From positions 4,650,001 to 4,714,000 of the forward strand of contig OU015568.1 of NCBI GenBank assembly GCA_907165135.1: 64,000 nt of DNA, given 5' to 3'. Positions within the stretch are counted from its first letter, which is position 1; each line of letters starts with the position of its first letter. The stretch is from Oikopleura dioica (lineage: Eukaryota > Animalia > Chordata). A program made the translations under genes and the position numbers. Shown piece after piece: positions 49,580 through 62,171 of the stretch. The notes below the pieces were generated by a model, which did not search any database, was not told the DNA's origin, and saw only the letters and a program-made list of their open reading frames with translations.

Positions 49580-49682
49580 AACAAAAATCTGTAATAAAGA
49601 ATTAGTTTTTAGAATTTATTTGAATAAAAAGTCGCAGTTGTTATTGAAAAGGAGAGAATATAGGCTCATCACAAGAGATTTT

Positions 49683-50650
49683 TTAGAAATTTTTGATCAC
49701 TTTGGCCATTTTGAATGGTAGTCGGCAAATTGGGCAGTTTTTTGGATCAAGTCTTTTCAAACAATCGAAGCAGAAAGAGTGACCACATCTGGAAATGCAA
49801 CATCGATGGTGAGTTTTTCTGTCATAAGGCGAGAAACAGACTCTGCAATAACTGTCATCGTCATTTTCTAAATGAGATTTTAATGATCAAAGAATTTAAA
49901 AAATGAATTGTATTTTTAAAGATACCTTTATTCGACTGGTTGATGATTTCTTCTGTCATGATTTCTTTTTGCGAAGAAAATTCTTTGAGTTTCTTTTCGA
50001 TGAGTTCTTTTTCCTTCGACAATTTTTTGTTCTGCTCTGACAATGTTTTGATCCAAGTGGAATTTTCATTCATTTTCTGGTTGATGAAATTTAGCTGCCT
50101 CGTTTTCTGTTGTTCTTGAAAAATGATGCGCTCAAATTTCAGTCTGGCGGTTTTCAATTCATTTTCTTTGCGCTGAAAATGATTTTCAATTTCATCTGGG
50201 AGTTTGATGGTTTCTTTGAGATCATCAAAATCGCTCTCAGAGTCTAATTTTAAACTCAACGGGCAATTTTTGAGAGCATTAAGCCATGCTTCTAGTTGTG
50301 GTACCGTGAGTGGGGGTCTGTCAAGTTCTCTCATTTTCTGATTGCAATTAAGTGAAAAGGTTGAAAGTGGTAGTTATTATTTGCGAAAGTGAATAATTTT
50401 CTGCTGCCCGATTCGTTTATATGGGGCTGGAAATGTGTCAAGCATAAAATCAGAAAGGAAAATAAGGTCAGTTGTTGAATGATTCGAATCAGCGTGATAC
50501 CACGATTGGAGCACGCAGACAAATAAAGATTTAAATTTTAAAAGGAGTCCTGCAGAGAGCATGAAATATGCAAATTCCTTTTTTAAAATCAGATCCAATG
50601 AAACAAAAGGTTTTAAGAAAAGAGATGGATGTTTATTATTAAATTCCATG
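49683..50650 (-). CDS. Coiled-coil + C-terminal RING-finger protein; start uncertain
   Basis: CRVCFSPYDRKTHHRCCISRCGHSFCFDCLKRLDPKNCPICR preceded by a long coiled coil. Confidence 0.8.
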
Positions 50651-50716
50651 ATTTCAAAATTTACAAGTGTTTTGGACAAGAAGTTTCGTTTTTTCACAAA
50701 TGTTGGGATCAGCTTC

Positions 50717-51609
50717 TTAGCAGTCTTCAGCGACATCAGTTGGGACTCCGGACATACCGTCTGAAGCTGGGCAGCATTTCTTCTTGTTGAGTCCGATCCA
50801 GTGGCTTGAATTTTTTGTGAAAATCGGAAAAGGACTGATGAATTTGAAAATAGGTAAATTATCGTTGGGGGTACCCTTAAATCCTTTTGAGGACTTACTA
50901 TTCTCGATCGTAGCCTCCGCAGCACTGGTGCTCGACTGGGATGCCTCCGTTGGTTGGGCAGTTTTCAGGGTCTCGGTTGTCGAATCCGTTGACGGACCAG
51001 AAGGCGTGGTACTCCTCGTTGAAGACCTCGGCGGAAGCGAGTGTGTCCTTGGCGAATTGAAGATCGCACTGGAAGAGTTCTCGTTCGCAGGAGCCCTCGG
51101 CGTTGGTAGATTCGAATCGGCCTCGTTTGCCGGCGTACTTCCAGGTGTATTTTTTGAATTCACCGATGCATTGGTCACCGTGCTTTTCTCGGACGCACTT
51201 TTGGCAGTCTTTGAAGGCCTTGCACTTGTTGTCAAGAGAATCCTAAGGAAAAAATGGGTTGAAAAAAAAATCTCAAAAAGCTTACCTTGGGCGCTCCAGT
51301 GCCCATTTCAGAAAGGGGTCGGTCCCCAAGCAAGTAGCAGTGGCATCCGTAAGCCCAGTACTTTCGCTCGTCAAATCTGTTCTTTCCAACGTTTCCGCTG
51401 AGTTTCCAGAGTTTCGCGGCGATCGCTTTCAAATCGGCGTATCGGCGCTCTCCGGAGTCGATGCTTCTGTCAGCTCCGCCAGGATTTCGGCCCGATCGAG
51501 CGAGACCGGAGCAGGGGACTTCTTGTCCGTCGGAGTAGCAGACGTCGTCCTCGGGGATCTGGATCTCGTCGGCGACGGCAAAGGCGGCGAAGAAGGCGAA
51601 AAGCTTCAT
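50717..51609 (-). CDS. Secreted phospholipase A2-like protein, probably non-catalytic
   Basis: Signal MKLFAFFAAFAVA; YWAYGCHC..G.GAPKDSLDNKCKAFKDCQKC; no His-Asp catalytic pair at the expected site. Confidence 0.75.
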
Positions 51610-52149
51610 TTTTTTTGAAAGAAAAAAATAGACTTTTTTGAGCTTGGAGGCTTTTTTTCTTGTTTTACTTCTTATCGAAGTTTTGATGAGGAACAATGGA
51701 AAGCGCGAGGTATTTATGGAGCTAGAAATGGCGCGCAAGGAGGGCGCGCTCGAGCAGAATCGCCAACTTGCATCATGAGCTTTCATGATTTGTCAGCAGG
51801 AGCTGGAGAATGAGATAAGACTAGCACTAGGTGAGTTTTGTTTGGTTAGAAAAAACTTTGTGATAAGTGAACTTTGAAAATTCTTTCAAATGATTCAAGA
51901 AAAGTGTTTGCTATAGTAATTTTAGAAAGAAAAGATGGTTTAAATTGGCTTCAATTTTAGAGACCATAATTTTTCTTTGAAATAAGTCAACAAGCAATTT
52001 TTCGCTTTGACATTTACGATCTAAATTAAAATTGTGTTACTCGAACTTGATCGCCAGTACGAGGTATTAAAAGACCCAGATGAGCTGAAAGCCGCGAGTC
52101 ATGAATAATCAAAAAATTTAAAATAAAGGTGTAAGGCCCGTAAAATACC

Positions 52150-52720
52150 AAGTTCTTGTTTTCCCTCGTTTCGCAAGTTCGCCTCAGATGCGATTATTTG
52201 ATCCATTTTGAGTCGGGCGGCAGTGTGGTCCAGTTAGAACCGACCGGTTTGGAGGCCGACTCAAGCTTATGCGCCCCGCCAGATCATCCGACCAGATATC
52301 CAAATGCGATTCTCGAGATTCAATTTTTGAATCTTTCGCGTTTGAAAAGCCGAGTTTTTGAGAAAAGAGAAAAGGAATCAAAACATTGGAAGGCGCTTTT
52401 TCTGATTCGATTCAAGCAAGAAAATTGATTGAACTTTTTGAAAAATACCAGTTGGTTTTTCGAGTTTTCCGAATTGCGTCAAAAGTAGCGATTTTCGTGT
52501 TCGATGTTTATTTTTACATGGTTCCGAAAATATCCAAAGCAGGCTTTATCCGGCGCAACTTGTCTAGCATGATGTTCCATCCCGTGTTTGATACAATAAT
52601 CTGGCCTGGGCTGGGCCCTGAGTCAGAATATTTTGGGATCCGCTCTTTGATAAATACAATTACATCCTTCCCAAAATCATTAACAAGTACCATCATGACA
52701 TCATCGTCAAAATGCTAACT
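52150..52720 (-). CDS. Possible small uncharacterised gene
   Basis: Coding-like segments (MMVLVNDFGKDVIVFIKERIPKYSDSG..); model unresolved. Confidence 0.3.
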
Positions 52721-52770
52721 TTGTAAGTTATAAGGCGATTAGTTTTTCATGGATTGAGAAAAAGTTAACA

Positions 52771-53032
52771 TAGTGACACCCTTATATTATTTCTTCAAAA
52801 GAAGGTTTAAAGCTTAATTTAGTCTTTCCAAATGCTAGAATTTTTAGTTTTGATAATTTTCATGAAATATTTACCGCTTAAATCTCCAATTTTTGACAAA
52901 ATAACTATTTTGACCAAAATTTTTAGTGACTATTTCAGAAAATGCCTAAAAATATTCGATTTTCGGACGAGCAAATGTAGAAAAATGATGGCTGGACCCT
53001 TATTTTTGTGAATTACGATAAGGATGTCACTA
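52771..53032. mobile_element. MITE with TAGTGACACCCTTA TIRs
   Basis: TAGTGACACCCTTAT ... ATAAGGATGTCACTA. Confidence 0.75.
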
Positions 53033-53585
53033 ATAATTTTTTGAAGAAATTCTTCATTATTATAAATTATAATAATTTATAATGTTCCGAAAATGCGGCT
53101 CTTTTTTCGATAAAAATCGAAAAAGTCGATTTAATTTCTAATTGAAACTATTGACCCGATAATTGATAATTCTCCATTAGTATTTAAAGAAAATTGATAG
53201 ACAACGACAAGGACAGCAGTCTACAAGAGAGTCCCTGGAAGAGACTGTATTAATTTTCAGCTAAGAGTCACTGAATCACGTCATTACAAGAACAGCGCTA
53301 CTTAAAAATTAAAAAAAGAGAAAAGATACGATGATGGCTGTTTTACTTGGTGTATTGAACATACTCGTGGAGTAATACGATTAGCAGTCTGCCCCGACTT
53401 TAGCCAGTTGGGTTACTTTTTGACGCAAAAACTTGATTACTCTTTATTGCAGCTTCGGAGAATAAGGGTGCAAAAAGTTGAGAAAAAAAAAGAGATAATG
53501 GAAAATAAAGCGATTGATGATGGATGCAGGGAATGGTTCATCAGTAAGTTTAAGGGAGTCAGCACCTTTTTCGCTGGATTTTACA

Positions 53586-53691
53586 TAGTGACAACCTTAA
53601 TATAAATTGAGAAAAATAGATCCTTGAACGAATCTTTTTTTTTTCTCGAAGCATATAAGTTAGAAAGGAGCAAAAATTAAGGGTGTCACTA
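53586..53691. mobile_element. MITE with TAGTGACA(A/C)CCTTA TIRs
   Basis: TAGTGACAACCTTAAT ... ATTAAGGGTGTCACTA. Confidence 0.75.
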
Positions 53692-53823
53692 AAATTAATC
53701 TCGAAATAAATGCAGTCCAAAAATTGGCTACTTCTATATTATCCTTAAAAACAAAATTATGAATATGACACTGTAAAAAAATAGTAGCCAATTTTCGGAC
53801 TGCATTTACTTCGAGACTTGTCT

Positions 53824-53930
53824 CAGTGACACCCTTATTTTTTTTGCTATTTTCAACTTATTTTGCGTCCAGGGGTAAAGGATTCATTCATAGATAATAA
53901 ATTTTCTCAACAAAACTTAAGGGCGTCATC
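53824..53930. mobile_element. Degenerate GTGACACCCTTA MITE
   Basis: CAGTGACACCCTTA ... TAAGGGCGTCATC; internal sequence resembles the reverse complement of 53586-53691. Confidence 0.6.
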
Positions 53931-54139
53931 ATGTAAAATCAAACAAAAACACATATAATTTATACAGTAAAGTTTATACTGCATTATACTCTTTTTAAGT
54001 CACAATGATCTTTACCTCCCTGCTGGTGCTTTCAATTCTAGCGATTTGCATTCAAGAGCATTTTCGTCGCTGGTGCGAGGGACGGAAAGATTACACCGAA
54101 ACGGACTTAGTCTGGACCTCAAATAAATACCTCCCTTAA

Positions 54140-57100
54140 ATCTAGTGCTTCTGTTGATGCAAAGCAGTATTATACGTAGACTGGAGCTGAATGGAGCTTA
54201 TCGCAACCTCAGCCGGATTTTCTAACGAGCGCGGAGCATGTAACTTTTTGTTTTGCCTTTTTTTCCGAAAATTGATAATTACAATCCGGTACGAGATACT
54301 AAATCCGAAATGTCGTTTCTCCATATCTCGAACTTTCTTTCTCATACTAACGAAATGGAAACGCTGGATACTAATAAATCTCGACGCTGATTTTGAATGT
54401 CTTCTATGCCTTCGATTTCGCGATCGTGATAAGACCTACAAGATCTTGTAACCATAATTCAGGAGACCAAACACTGCTGACAAGATAATTGGTATGCAAG
54501 TATTAGCCAAGATCAGTCTTTTTTGGCCGGAAATTCTCAAATTTGGCAATAAAAAAATCGGCTTAAATGGCGATTTTGCTAAAGTAGTTACCCTGCTTCC
54601 GTTCTTTTTATTTAAAGTCGACGATTTTATAGTAAAAAATATCATGTAATAAAAAAACTATCTGTATAAAGCAGTGTTTTCTTGGAAAAGGGAAAATAGA
54701 AAGTGACGTGTTTCATTATTTTGCATATAAAATTGAGAGCAATCAAATGCATATGCAAAATGCCTATAGCAAAAGAGATTAGCTAACCAAAATAAAGACA
54801 TTCCATTATTTTCAAAACTCGCTTTAAAAAATGTGCCGACATGAGCAATTTTCGGCACCGCAGAGACAGAAAAAACATCCGGATTTGGAGAATCGAGAAA
54901 ATAAAATATTATTCTTACGAAAGAAAGCGTTTTCCAAGGAAGAAAAGGAAGCAAAGCAAGAATTTCGCAGATGGTGCAATTTCATCAAACGATGAGCTTT
55001 TTGAGCTGAGTGGATTGATTTTTCAAGCGTTTTGGAAAAATTAGGCAGCGTGGAGGGACGGCTTCTTCGGTAGTTTTGGAAACAAGGCGAGGTTGCTTGC
55101 TTGCATCATTTTTATTGATTTTGGGACGTTGCGGAATTTCAATGAGTTTAGAAATTACACCAATTTTAATGATTTCTAGCCTCTTTACTTGGGTATAATA
55201 AATTTCGATAGCAAATTGGAAAGGAACCGTATTTTTTGAAGATTTTATTTTTGATGGCAGAAAGCTAAAATTTTTTGAATAAATTATTAATTTATATTAA
55301 GATTAATTTGAACTTTTAACGATAAGAAATCTAGTAATAAACACTGTTGGCGAATTCATTTTAGTAAATTTCTTCAAGTCAAAAATAAATTTGAAGGAAA
55401 ATGATAAAACAGAAACGAAATTTTAATATGTTTTAGGATGATTGGTCGATGATCAAACAGTTTATTTTTTTGTTGAATATAGGGTCATCTTTTGATGAAG
55501 TAGAATATGAACAGTCCTTCAATAATTTACCATTATCGCTAACAGTATTTAACAGTTGCCTTTGCAAACGTTTTTATCAATTCTTTTGAGTTCATTTTAT
55601 TTAATACGATCAATTGATTAGTCTTTAGAGGTGTAAGTATAGGTATGTTTCTATAAATTCTTTATCGAGAAAATTATATAGCATTTTATAACAAATTTCA
55701 TGTATCAAAATACGGAGGCGGAACTAGATATGTTAAGTCATGAGGTCATTTTATATTAACTTTTGTAAGTGAGGATTTTTTTTTGCTTTTTTTCATTGAA
55801 GCTATCAAAACTATCGTTATAATAAGCATCATGTAAGAAGAAAATATGAAAAGGGTCAAAAACTTGTGTTTTTTAAATTCGCTGAACAGTTCTGCGCCGA
55901 AGGTCGCCGGAAGACATCTCTTGATAGAGCTCTAGAAATCACGAATAAAGATTATAATTTCAAATTTTCGCTCGCCATTATTTTTGTCTTCTTCTGGTAA
56001 GAGGCCAATTTTCTCTTTGAAGTGTTTTCCAATATTCTCGGGTCTTTTTTTTTGTTTTTGACTTTTTGATTTTGATATTTTTGAATAAACAATCGCAAAT
56101 GGAAATCCTCAATCAAAATAAAACCTGACAAGTAAGCCGTCTAAACCAATTTTCCTTTTCATCGAGTTTCCGAGAACGTACAAAAAGAGCAAAATCGCTA
56201 AACTAAGTGCTCCAGCCAGTTCTGCTCCGAAAATCTTATCAAAGACCATTTTTCCTTTTCTCTGTCTCTATTTTGGTCATTTTTTATGACCTCTCTATTT
56301 TCATCCAGCGATTTTAAGGACCCAAGGACGCTTGGCAGTGGATTAGTAATTGAACCAACGCGCCCGAAATTCACACATTAGTGCGACAAAAAATCTTCTC
56401 CAGGCCTTTGAATCCATCAAATGTAGTTGGAAATTTTTTCTCAAAAGTTTAACAAGTAAAACCCTTATTTTGACTATTCTGAGCTTAATTCAGGCAGTCT
56501 TAGTTGGTTTTTGGCCAGATTTAATAAAGTGAGCCCCTTATTTTTAACTTTATAGAAAATATGAGAGTAAAACTACTTTTATCATCATCATAATCAAAGA
56601 ATTAATAGCCAAAATAAGGGGTTCACTTCATTGAATCTGGCACAAAGCGTAAAAGAAGCTCAAAACATATAAAAAATAAGGGTGTCAATAAGATTATTTT
56701 TGATTGTAAAGATGGGTAAGGGAATTACGCCCTTTTTTCTTGCTTATAAAAGGGAAAATAATAAGGGGTTCACTTCATTAAAATTTGAAAAAGAAAAATT
56801 GCACTGTCTGAATGAAGCTCCAAACATTTGAAATCAGGGTGTCGATACCATAATTTTTCGATTTTATGATAGTCCAAAGAGTCTTGCCCTTATTTCTTTC
56901 TTATAAAAAGAAGAAATAAGGGGTTCACTTTATTAAAATTCGACAAAAACTAAAAAAACAGAATAAGGGTTGACAGCAATCAAGTCTTGATCAAAAGGAA
57001 ATTACGTGTCTTTAGTAATTATCTTTTATTTTCGCGGACTCCGCTAGAAAAACGCTTGTTCGGATCCAACTCACCAGCGCGATAAGAAAGTTTTTGGTGA

Positions 57101-57185
57101 TAATAAAAGAAATCTGCTGGTTTTGGGTTGAGTACGTGTCCAGCAGCGCTCGCGGCATCGCGCCATCAGCGAAAAGCGTCGCCAT
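54140..57185 (-). CDS. Uncharacterised multi-pass membrane protein; 3' end uncertain
   Basis: First exon MATLFADGAMP..FLIAL|GTGAGT; later hydrophobic exons (ALSLAILLFLYVLG; FLTLFIFSSYMMLIITIVLIA; CIPIILSAVFGLL). Confidence 0.45.
56455..56975. repeat. Cluster of AATAAGGG(G/T)..CAC / CCCTTATT motifs (nested MITE remnants)
   Basis: Many direct and inverted copies of AATAAGGGGTTCACTT and CCCTTATTT within a long intron. Confidence 0.6.
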
Positions 57186-57233
57186 CTTCAACATTTTTCT
57201 TTCTTTTACGAAACTTTAAAACAACCGATAAGG

Positions 57234-57452
57234 ATGTTAGTTTTCAAGTTTTTTGGCCTCCTCGCGATTTCTTCTGCTTCGAAGCCAGTGAGAAAGCAGA
57301 ACGGAGTATGGAAGGAATTCCTCGATTTCGACGAGTGTGAGAGAGAAGGATTGACCAGCGATTATGGCGAATTGGAGTTCATTTCCTGCGGTGAATATGA
57401 ACCCGGGAAAGAAGGATGCAACTTGCATATTGAATGCAACGATGAAAATTTA
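57234..57452 (+). CDS. First exon of a secreted Cys-containing protein (continuation not found)
   Basis: Signal MLVFKFFGLLAISSAS, then ..CGEYEPGKEGCNLHIECNDENL|GT; head-to-head with the ATG at 57185. Confidence 0.45.
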
Positions 57453-58037
57453 AGGTACTTTTTGAATTTTTTAAGGAGGATTTGGAAGATAGAATTTCGG
57501 ATTTTTGGCGTTTAAACTAATCAAAAAGAAGATTTCGTAATTTAAGCCAATCAGACTCGAAGATTTTTATTCTTGTCCAATCAGATTCAAGCGTTTATAA
57601 TGATTAATCAAAAATAATGAATTCTCTAAGTGAGCCAATAAAAAGTAAGAAAAACCTTAATAGACCAATAAGATTCGAGGATTTGCAACGTCAGCGAATC
57701 AAAACAACGGATTTTCTGACGAAATAAGACGCCTGTAAAAATGGCCAAAACATCGGATTTCCGGTCCCATTTTTATCAATAAAAATTTTTAGAGGAAACA
57801 AGCAATGGCTCTTGGAAAAAGTCAGATGCCGCCAATTCGAATTCACGAAACGCGGCCGAGCTGGACAAATTCGCCGCGCCAACTTCTTCGTTTTCGAGAA
57901 ATCGCCCTCTGTCCGCGTCAACCGACTTCTCCGGCCAAAACGAACAAATCTCTGTGTATAAAGGATGAATAAAAACAAAAACTCTCTTTTTGCGCCTTGA
58001 CTGGTTTATTTCAAAAAACGATCAAATGCTTTAATTC

Positions 58038-59100
58038 TTAGAGCAGTCGCATTCCGCGCTTTTTGAGAATTCGCATGTTCTCGACCAACGGATCGGAGAG
58101 CATCATTTTCAAGTCGCTCAGGAAAGCGTCGTCGTTGAAGTTTTGCATGTCATCTTGAAGCTGAACCGGATTTTTACGGAAAACGAAGGGGTTGGAAAGT
58201 TGCACCTGACTCATTTCCATTGGAGTAAGAGAATCAAGGAGCTGCTGAGCTCTAGTTGAAGAAGCACACGCTTCAGAAGTCAACTGAAAGTATATCTGTC
58301 TTACAATTTTTCGAATGGACTAGGGTTAGGGTCTGACTTTGGGTTGGGGATTGAGTAAGGGAAGAAAAACGATATTTTTTTTGGAAAATTCTTTCAAAAT
58401 AGGAATTTCGCATGTTTTTGGGGGGTTAGGGCTAGTTGAGCTCTGTAATCTGTGAAGAAAACCTGAGTCAGGGTCTAAAAGATCTCTAATGAAAATCTGC
58501 ATAGCGGCTTTATTATAAACGAAGCCGCAAGTGGCTCCGCCAAAATTTGAAAATTTACTGAATAAATTATCTTTCCAGCCCTGACTCAGGTTTTCTACAC
58601 AGGTTCCCGAGCCCTGAGCAAAGCAAGAGGCTAAAGTAAGGGTATTTTTTGGGGAAAAAGCTGACAAAGTAGCAATCTCGTACGTTTTTGAATAATTTTG
58701 AGAATATCGCCAATATTGCTAGCCCAGGATTGAAGGCTCTTATGGTCATTACCTGAAAAGCAAAGATAGCCATGAAAAATTTCATATTTTTTTCTGTTAT
58801 TATTTTTCTTGTTGAGAAAAAAATCTAGTTGGTCCTCTCAACTTTGCTTCGATTTTTAAAGCAAAGGCAATTATGGCGCACTCCCAGCTCTGTATCTATC
58901 TATATGAGCATGAAGATTGCCCAAGTGGATGCATTTCCCAATTGAAGCTATTGAAAAATTGATTTGAGGCCGTCGGAATGGAGCACTTTGCTTCTTCATC
59001 AAGCCGCCGAGTGACACCATGTGACTCCATGCCGTTCCGTTCGTTCCGCCCATTCTTATCGGGCCATTAACCTTCAGCATTTAATTGAATTGACGCGCTT
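58038..59100 (-). CDS. Uncharacterised multi-exon protein; 5' end uncertain
   Basis: Last exon TSEACASSTRAQQLLDSLTPMEMSQ..KRGMRLL*; upstream exons with GT/AG borders. Confidence 0.5.
58428..58617. mobile_element. Hairpin MITE, CCTGAGTCAGG family (copy 6)
   Basis: GAAAACCTGAGTCAGGGTCTAAAAGAT ... CCCTGACTCAGGTTTTCTACACAGG. Confidence 0.8.
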
Positions 59101-59193
59101 CCTGACATTTCTTGGCAAATATTTTTCGTTATAAAATTATTCCTCCAGTTCGGTTTTGATCAATTCCAAAATAAAAAAAAGAGACCAAAAAAA

Positions 59194-61098
59194 ATGAAAC
59201 TATCAGTAGGGCTACTCGCGGCCGCAGCGGCCGAGAGTACCTCCAATGATCAAGGATCAAGAACTGGATATGCCAATTCCGGCAACATCGTCTGCTACTA
59301 CACAAATTGGTCGCAATATCGCCCCGGCTCTGGCAAATTTCTTCCCGAAGATATTGATCCAAATCTTTGCACGCATTTGGTCTTCTCCTTCGCCAAAATG
59401 TGCAATTCAGGTGAGTTCAGATCTGGTCAAGGGAACCTGTGCTGAAACCTGAGTCAGGGTCCTCACACTGCTTTTGGAGAAAATAAGGTTGGTGAAGCCG
59501 CTTTGGGGCTTCTCTGTTGAAAAAGGCCGCTACGCGGCTTTTTAGTCAAACTCTTTCAAGACTCTGACTCAGGTTTTTACACAGGTAACCGAAATTTATT
59601 CAAGTCTTCACAAGTTCTTATCAATTTTCAGCTGCTGGTTGGACCCTGTGCCCTTACGAGTGGAACGACATGGACGAAACATGGGCTGATGGACTGTACA
59701 CGCGAATGCGAAATCTCAAGAATCAAAACTCTTCGCTCAAGGTTCTCCTCGCTGTCGGAGGTTGGAATCATGGATCAACTGGTTTTGTCGAAATGGCTTC
59801 TTCCACCGCAAACATCGACGCGTTCATCACCAACTCGATGGCTTTTGTGAACAACATCGGCTACGATGGACTCGATCTCGATTGGGAATACCCAGCGAAG
59901 ACAACTGTCGACAGCTCTCCTCCAGCTGATTACCAAAACTTCCAAACCCTTTGCGAGAGATATCGAGCGCGAATAAACGCCAATCAGCCCGGCTTCATCC
60001 TCACCGCCGCTGTCGGAATCGGCCAGGACAAGATTTTCACCATCGACGGAGCTGTTCCTTCGTACAACGTCTCTCACTTGTCCAACAATCTGGACATGAT
60101 TCACTTGATGGCTTACGATATTCACGGGCATTGGGAGGACGCGACCGGGCATCATGCGATGGCATATACGAAGGAGAGCGATGACAGACTTGGATACACA
60201 GATTCGATTGATTGGATCATTTACAACTGGATTGATCAAGGAGCTGATCCAAAGGTTAGCGCTTTTTGATTCTGTTTTCTTATTGGCTGATATCTGAGCC
60301 AATAAAAAATAATATCATAGTCATGTCTGTAACGAATAACTTCAGAAATTGGTTCTTGGACTTGGCGCATACGGACGAACTTTTAAACTCGCTGGATCTG
60401 AAACAGGTCAGTCTCCTACAGTAACAAGAGTTGCTGATTCTCATTATAAATTCTTTTTAACCCCTTCAAAAGGCTTTCTCGCGCCAGCCTCTCTCGGCTC
60501 AAATGGGTATTATTCGGGCGCAGCTGGAACTTATACTCGCGAACCAGGCTACCTCGCGTACTACGAAATCTGCGAAAAGCTCCGAGCTGGATGGACGAGC
60601 GTCTATGACGATGAAGCCCAAGCGCCGTACGCTTACGGTGATGGAGATTGGGTCGGATACGATAATCAGCAAAGCATCGGAGTAAAGGTCAACATGGCAA
60701 AAAGCTACGGACTCGCTGGAATCATGTGGTGGGCGATCGACGTTGATGACTTCGACGGATCGTTCTGCAATCAAGGAAGATACCCGCTGATGAACTACGC
60801 CAAGCAAGTGCTTCTCTCCGACGATCCTGTTCCAACCAATCCTCCAACTACTCCCCACTCGACTCAATCAACCCAATCATCTTCGACCCAAAGCACTCAG
60901 CAAAGCTCCACAACAAGCGGCAGCTCCTCTGGAACTTGCGATTCGTCTGGCTATGCTCCTCATCCTTCTGACTGCTCAAAATACATCCAATGCACCAATA
61001 CTGGCAATATTGAAGGGCAGTGCGGAAATGGACTCTACTGGGATCAATCGGCGACTGCGTGCAACTGGGACTACTTGGTTGATTGTCCTCATGATTGA
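59194..61098 (+). CDS. GH18 chitinase with Ser/Thr linker and C-terminal CBM14 chitin-binding domain
   Basis: Signal peptide; VCYYTNWSQYRPG, CTHLVFSFA, KVLLAVGGW, intact DGLDLDWEYP, MAYDIHG, IMWWAIDVDD, six-Cys CBM14. Confidence 0.95.
59435..59588. mobile_element. Hairpin MITE, CCTGAGTCAGG family (copy 7), in chitinase intron 59411-59630
   Basis: CCTGTGCTGAAACCTGAGTCAGG ... CTGACTCAGGTTTTTACACAGG. Confidence 0.8.
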
Positions 61099-62171
61099 CT
61101 TTGACTGAAATATGACTGTAATACATGTTTGAAAAGTTGAATTTGTTTTCAGAGAAATTTTTCTTTGATAATATTTTAATTTAAAGTTTTCATCATTAAT
61201 AACAGCTCCATTGAAGATCTAAAGATTCGGTACTTTGACAAAGATCATCAAGAACAGATGGAGTTCATCAAAGACCAATAATTTCCTGATTTTTATCTCA
61301 GCTGGAAAATCGAAAAGCTGAACTCCAGATGTGAGGGAGGATATAAGCGCTTATGGAAAGTGAATCTTTATCAAATTCGAAATGATGCTTTTATTTAGAA
61401 CAAAAAACAGTTAATTTCATTGATGAGATTAAATGTTTATCTTTTTAAATACAGATGAATCCAGACGGTCGAGCTTATCTATACTGTATAGACTATACAA
61501 GGTTCACTTTTCAGAAGATCAAGATCATTTTTTGGTCGATTTTTTTCAGAAAAAGAGGATTTATAGTAAATCGACTATCAGGATTATGATAATCATAGTG
61601 AGAGCTTCTTAAAATGTAAGTTTCTTTAACTGCCCCTAGCTTCTCAGGAACCTCCGAACTAATAATCAAAACTTTCTGTTCAAATTTATTTTTTTTACGA
61701 ATAACAATAAAATAATAAAAACAAATACAACTCCTAAACGTATTCTTTCATTTTTCTTTTTCATTGAAATCAAGGAAGAGCACGCCTTATTTGAACAAAT
61801 GAATGAAAATAAAAATAGACTGCCAAAATCAAGTAGCTCGGCCTTTCACTATTTGACGAAACGTCACAGGAACACTGCGACCTTTGTGAGGTCAATAATT
61901 CATGATGCAATACAAAAAAGTGGCTGTTGAAAATATTTGCTCTTGCGTGGCGCTAGTCAGAAGAACGTTGAGCTGAAAGCAGGGCTAGTATCATCTGACT
62001 GCCAAATATCAAGGTCGAACAAACAGAACTGTTACAGATACGGTCGGAAGAAAGCACAGCCGCAGGTCACTCTGGCGAATTCCATGGAAAGGTAAATAAT
62101 GTTCTGAGAAAACATTTTCGAAATAATTTTCAACTTGTGAAATTTCCAATTTATCAAAATTTTGATTAAAT

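Noticed and set aside
50717-51401. Ser/Thr-rich ORF 50717-51235 and antisense ORF 50784-51401
   Set aside because: Alternative-frame and antisense shadows of the PLA2-like coding exon.
61100-62100. Possible small gene downstream of the chitinase
   Set aside because: Only short coding-like fragments; no consistent spliced ORF could be assembled.
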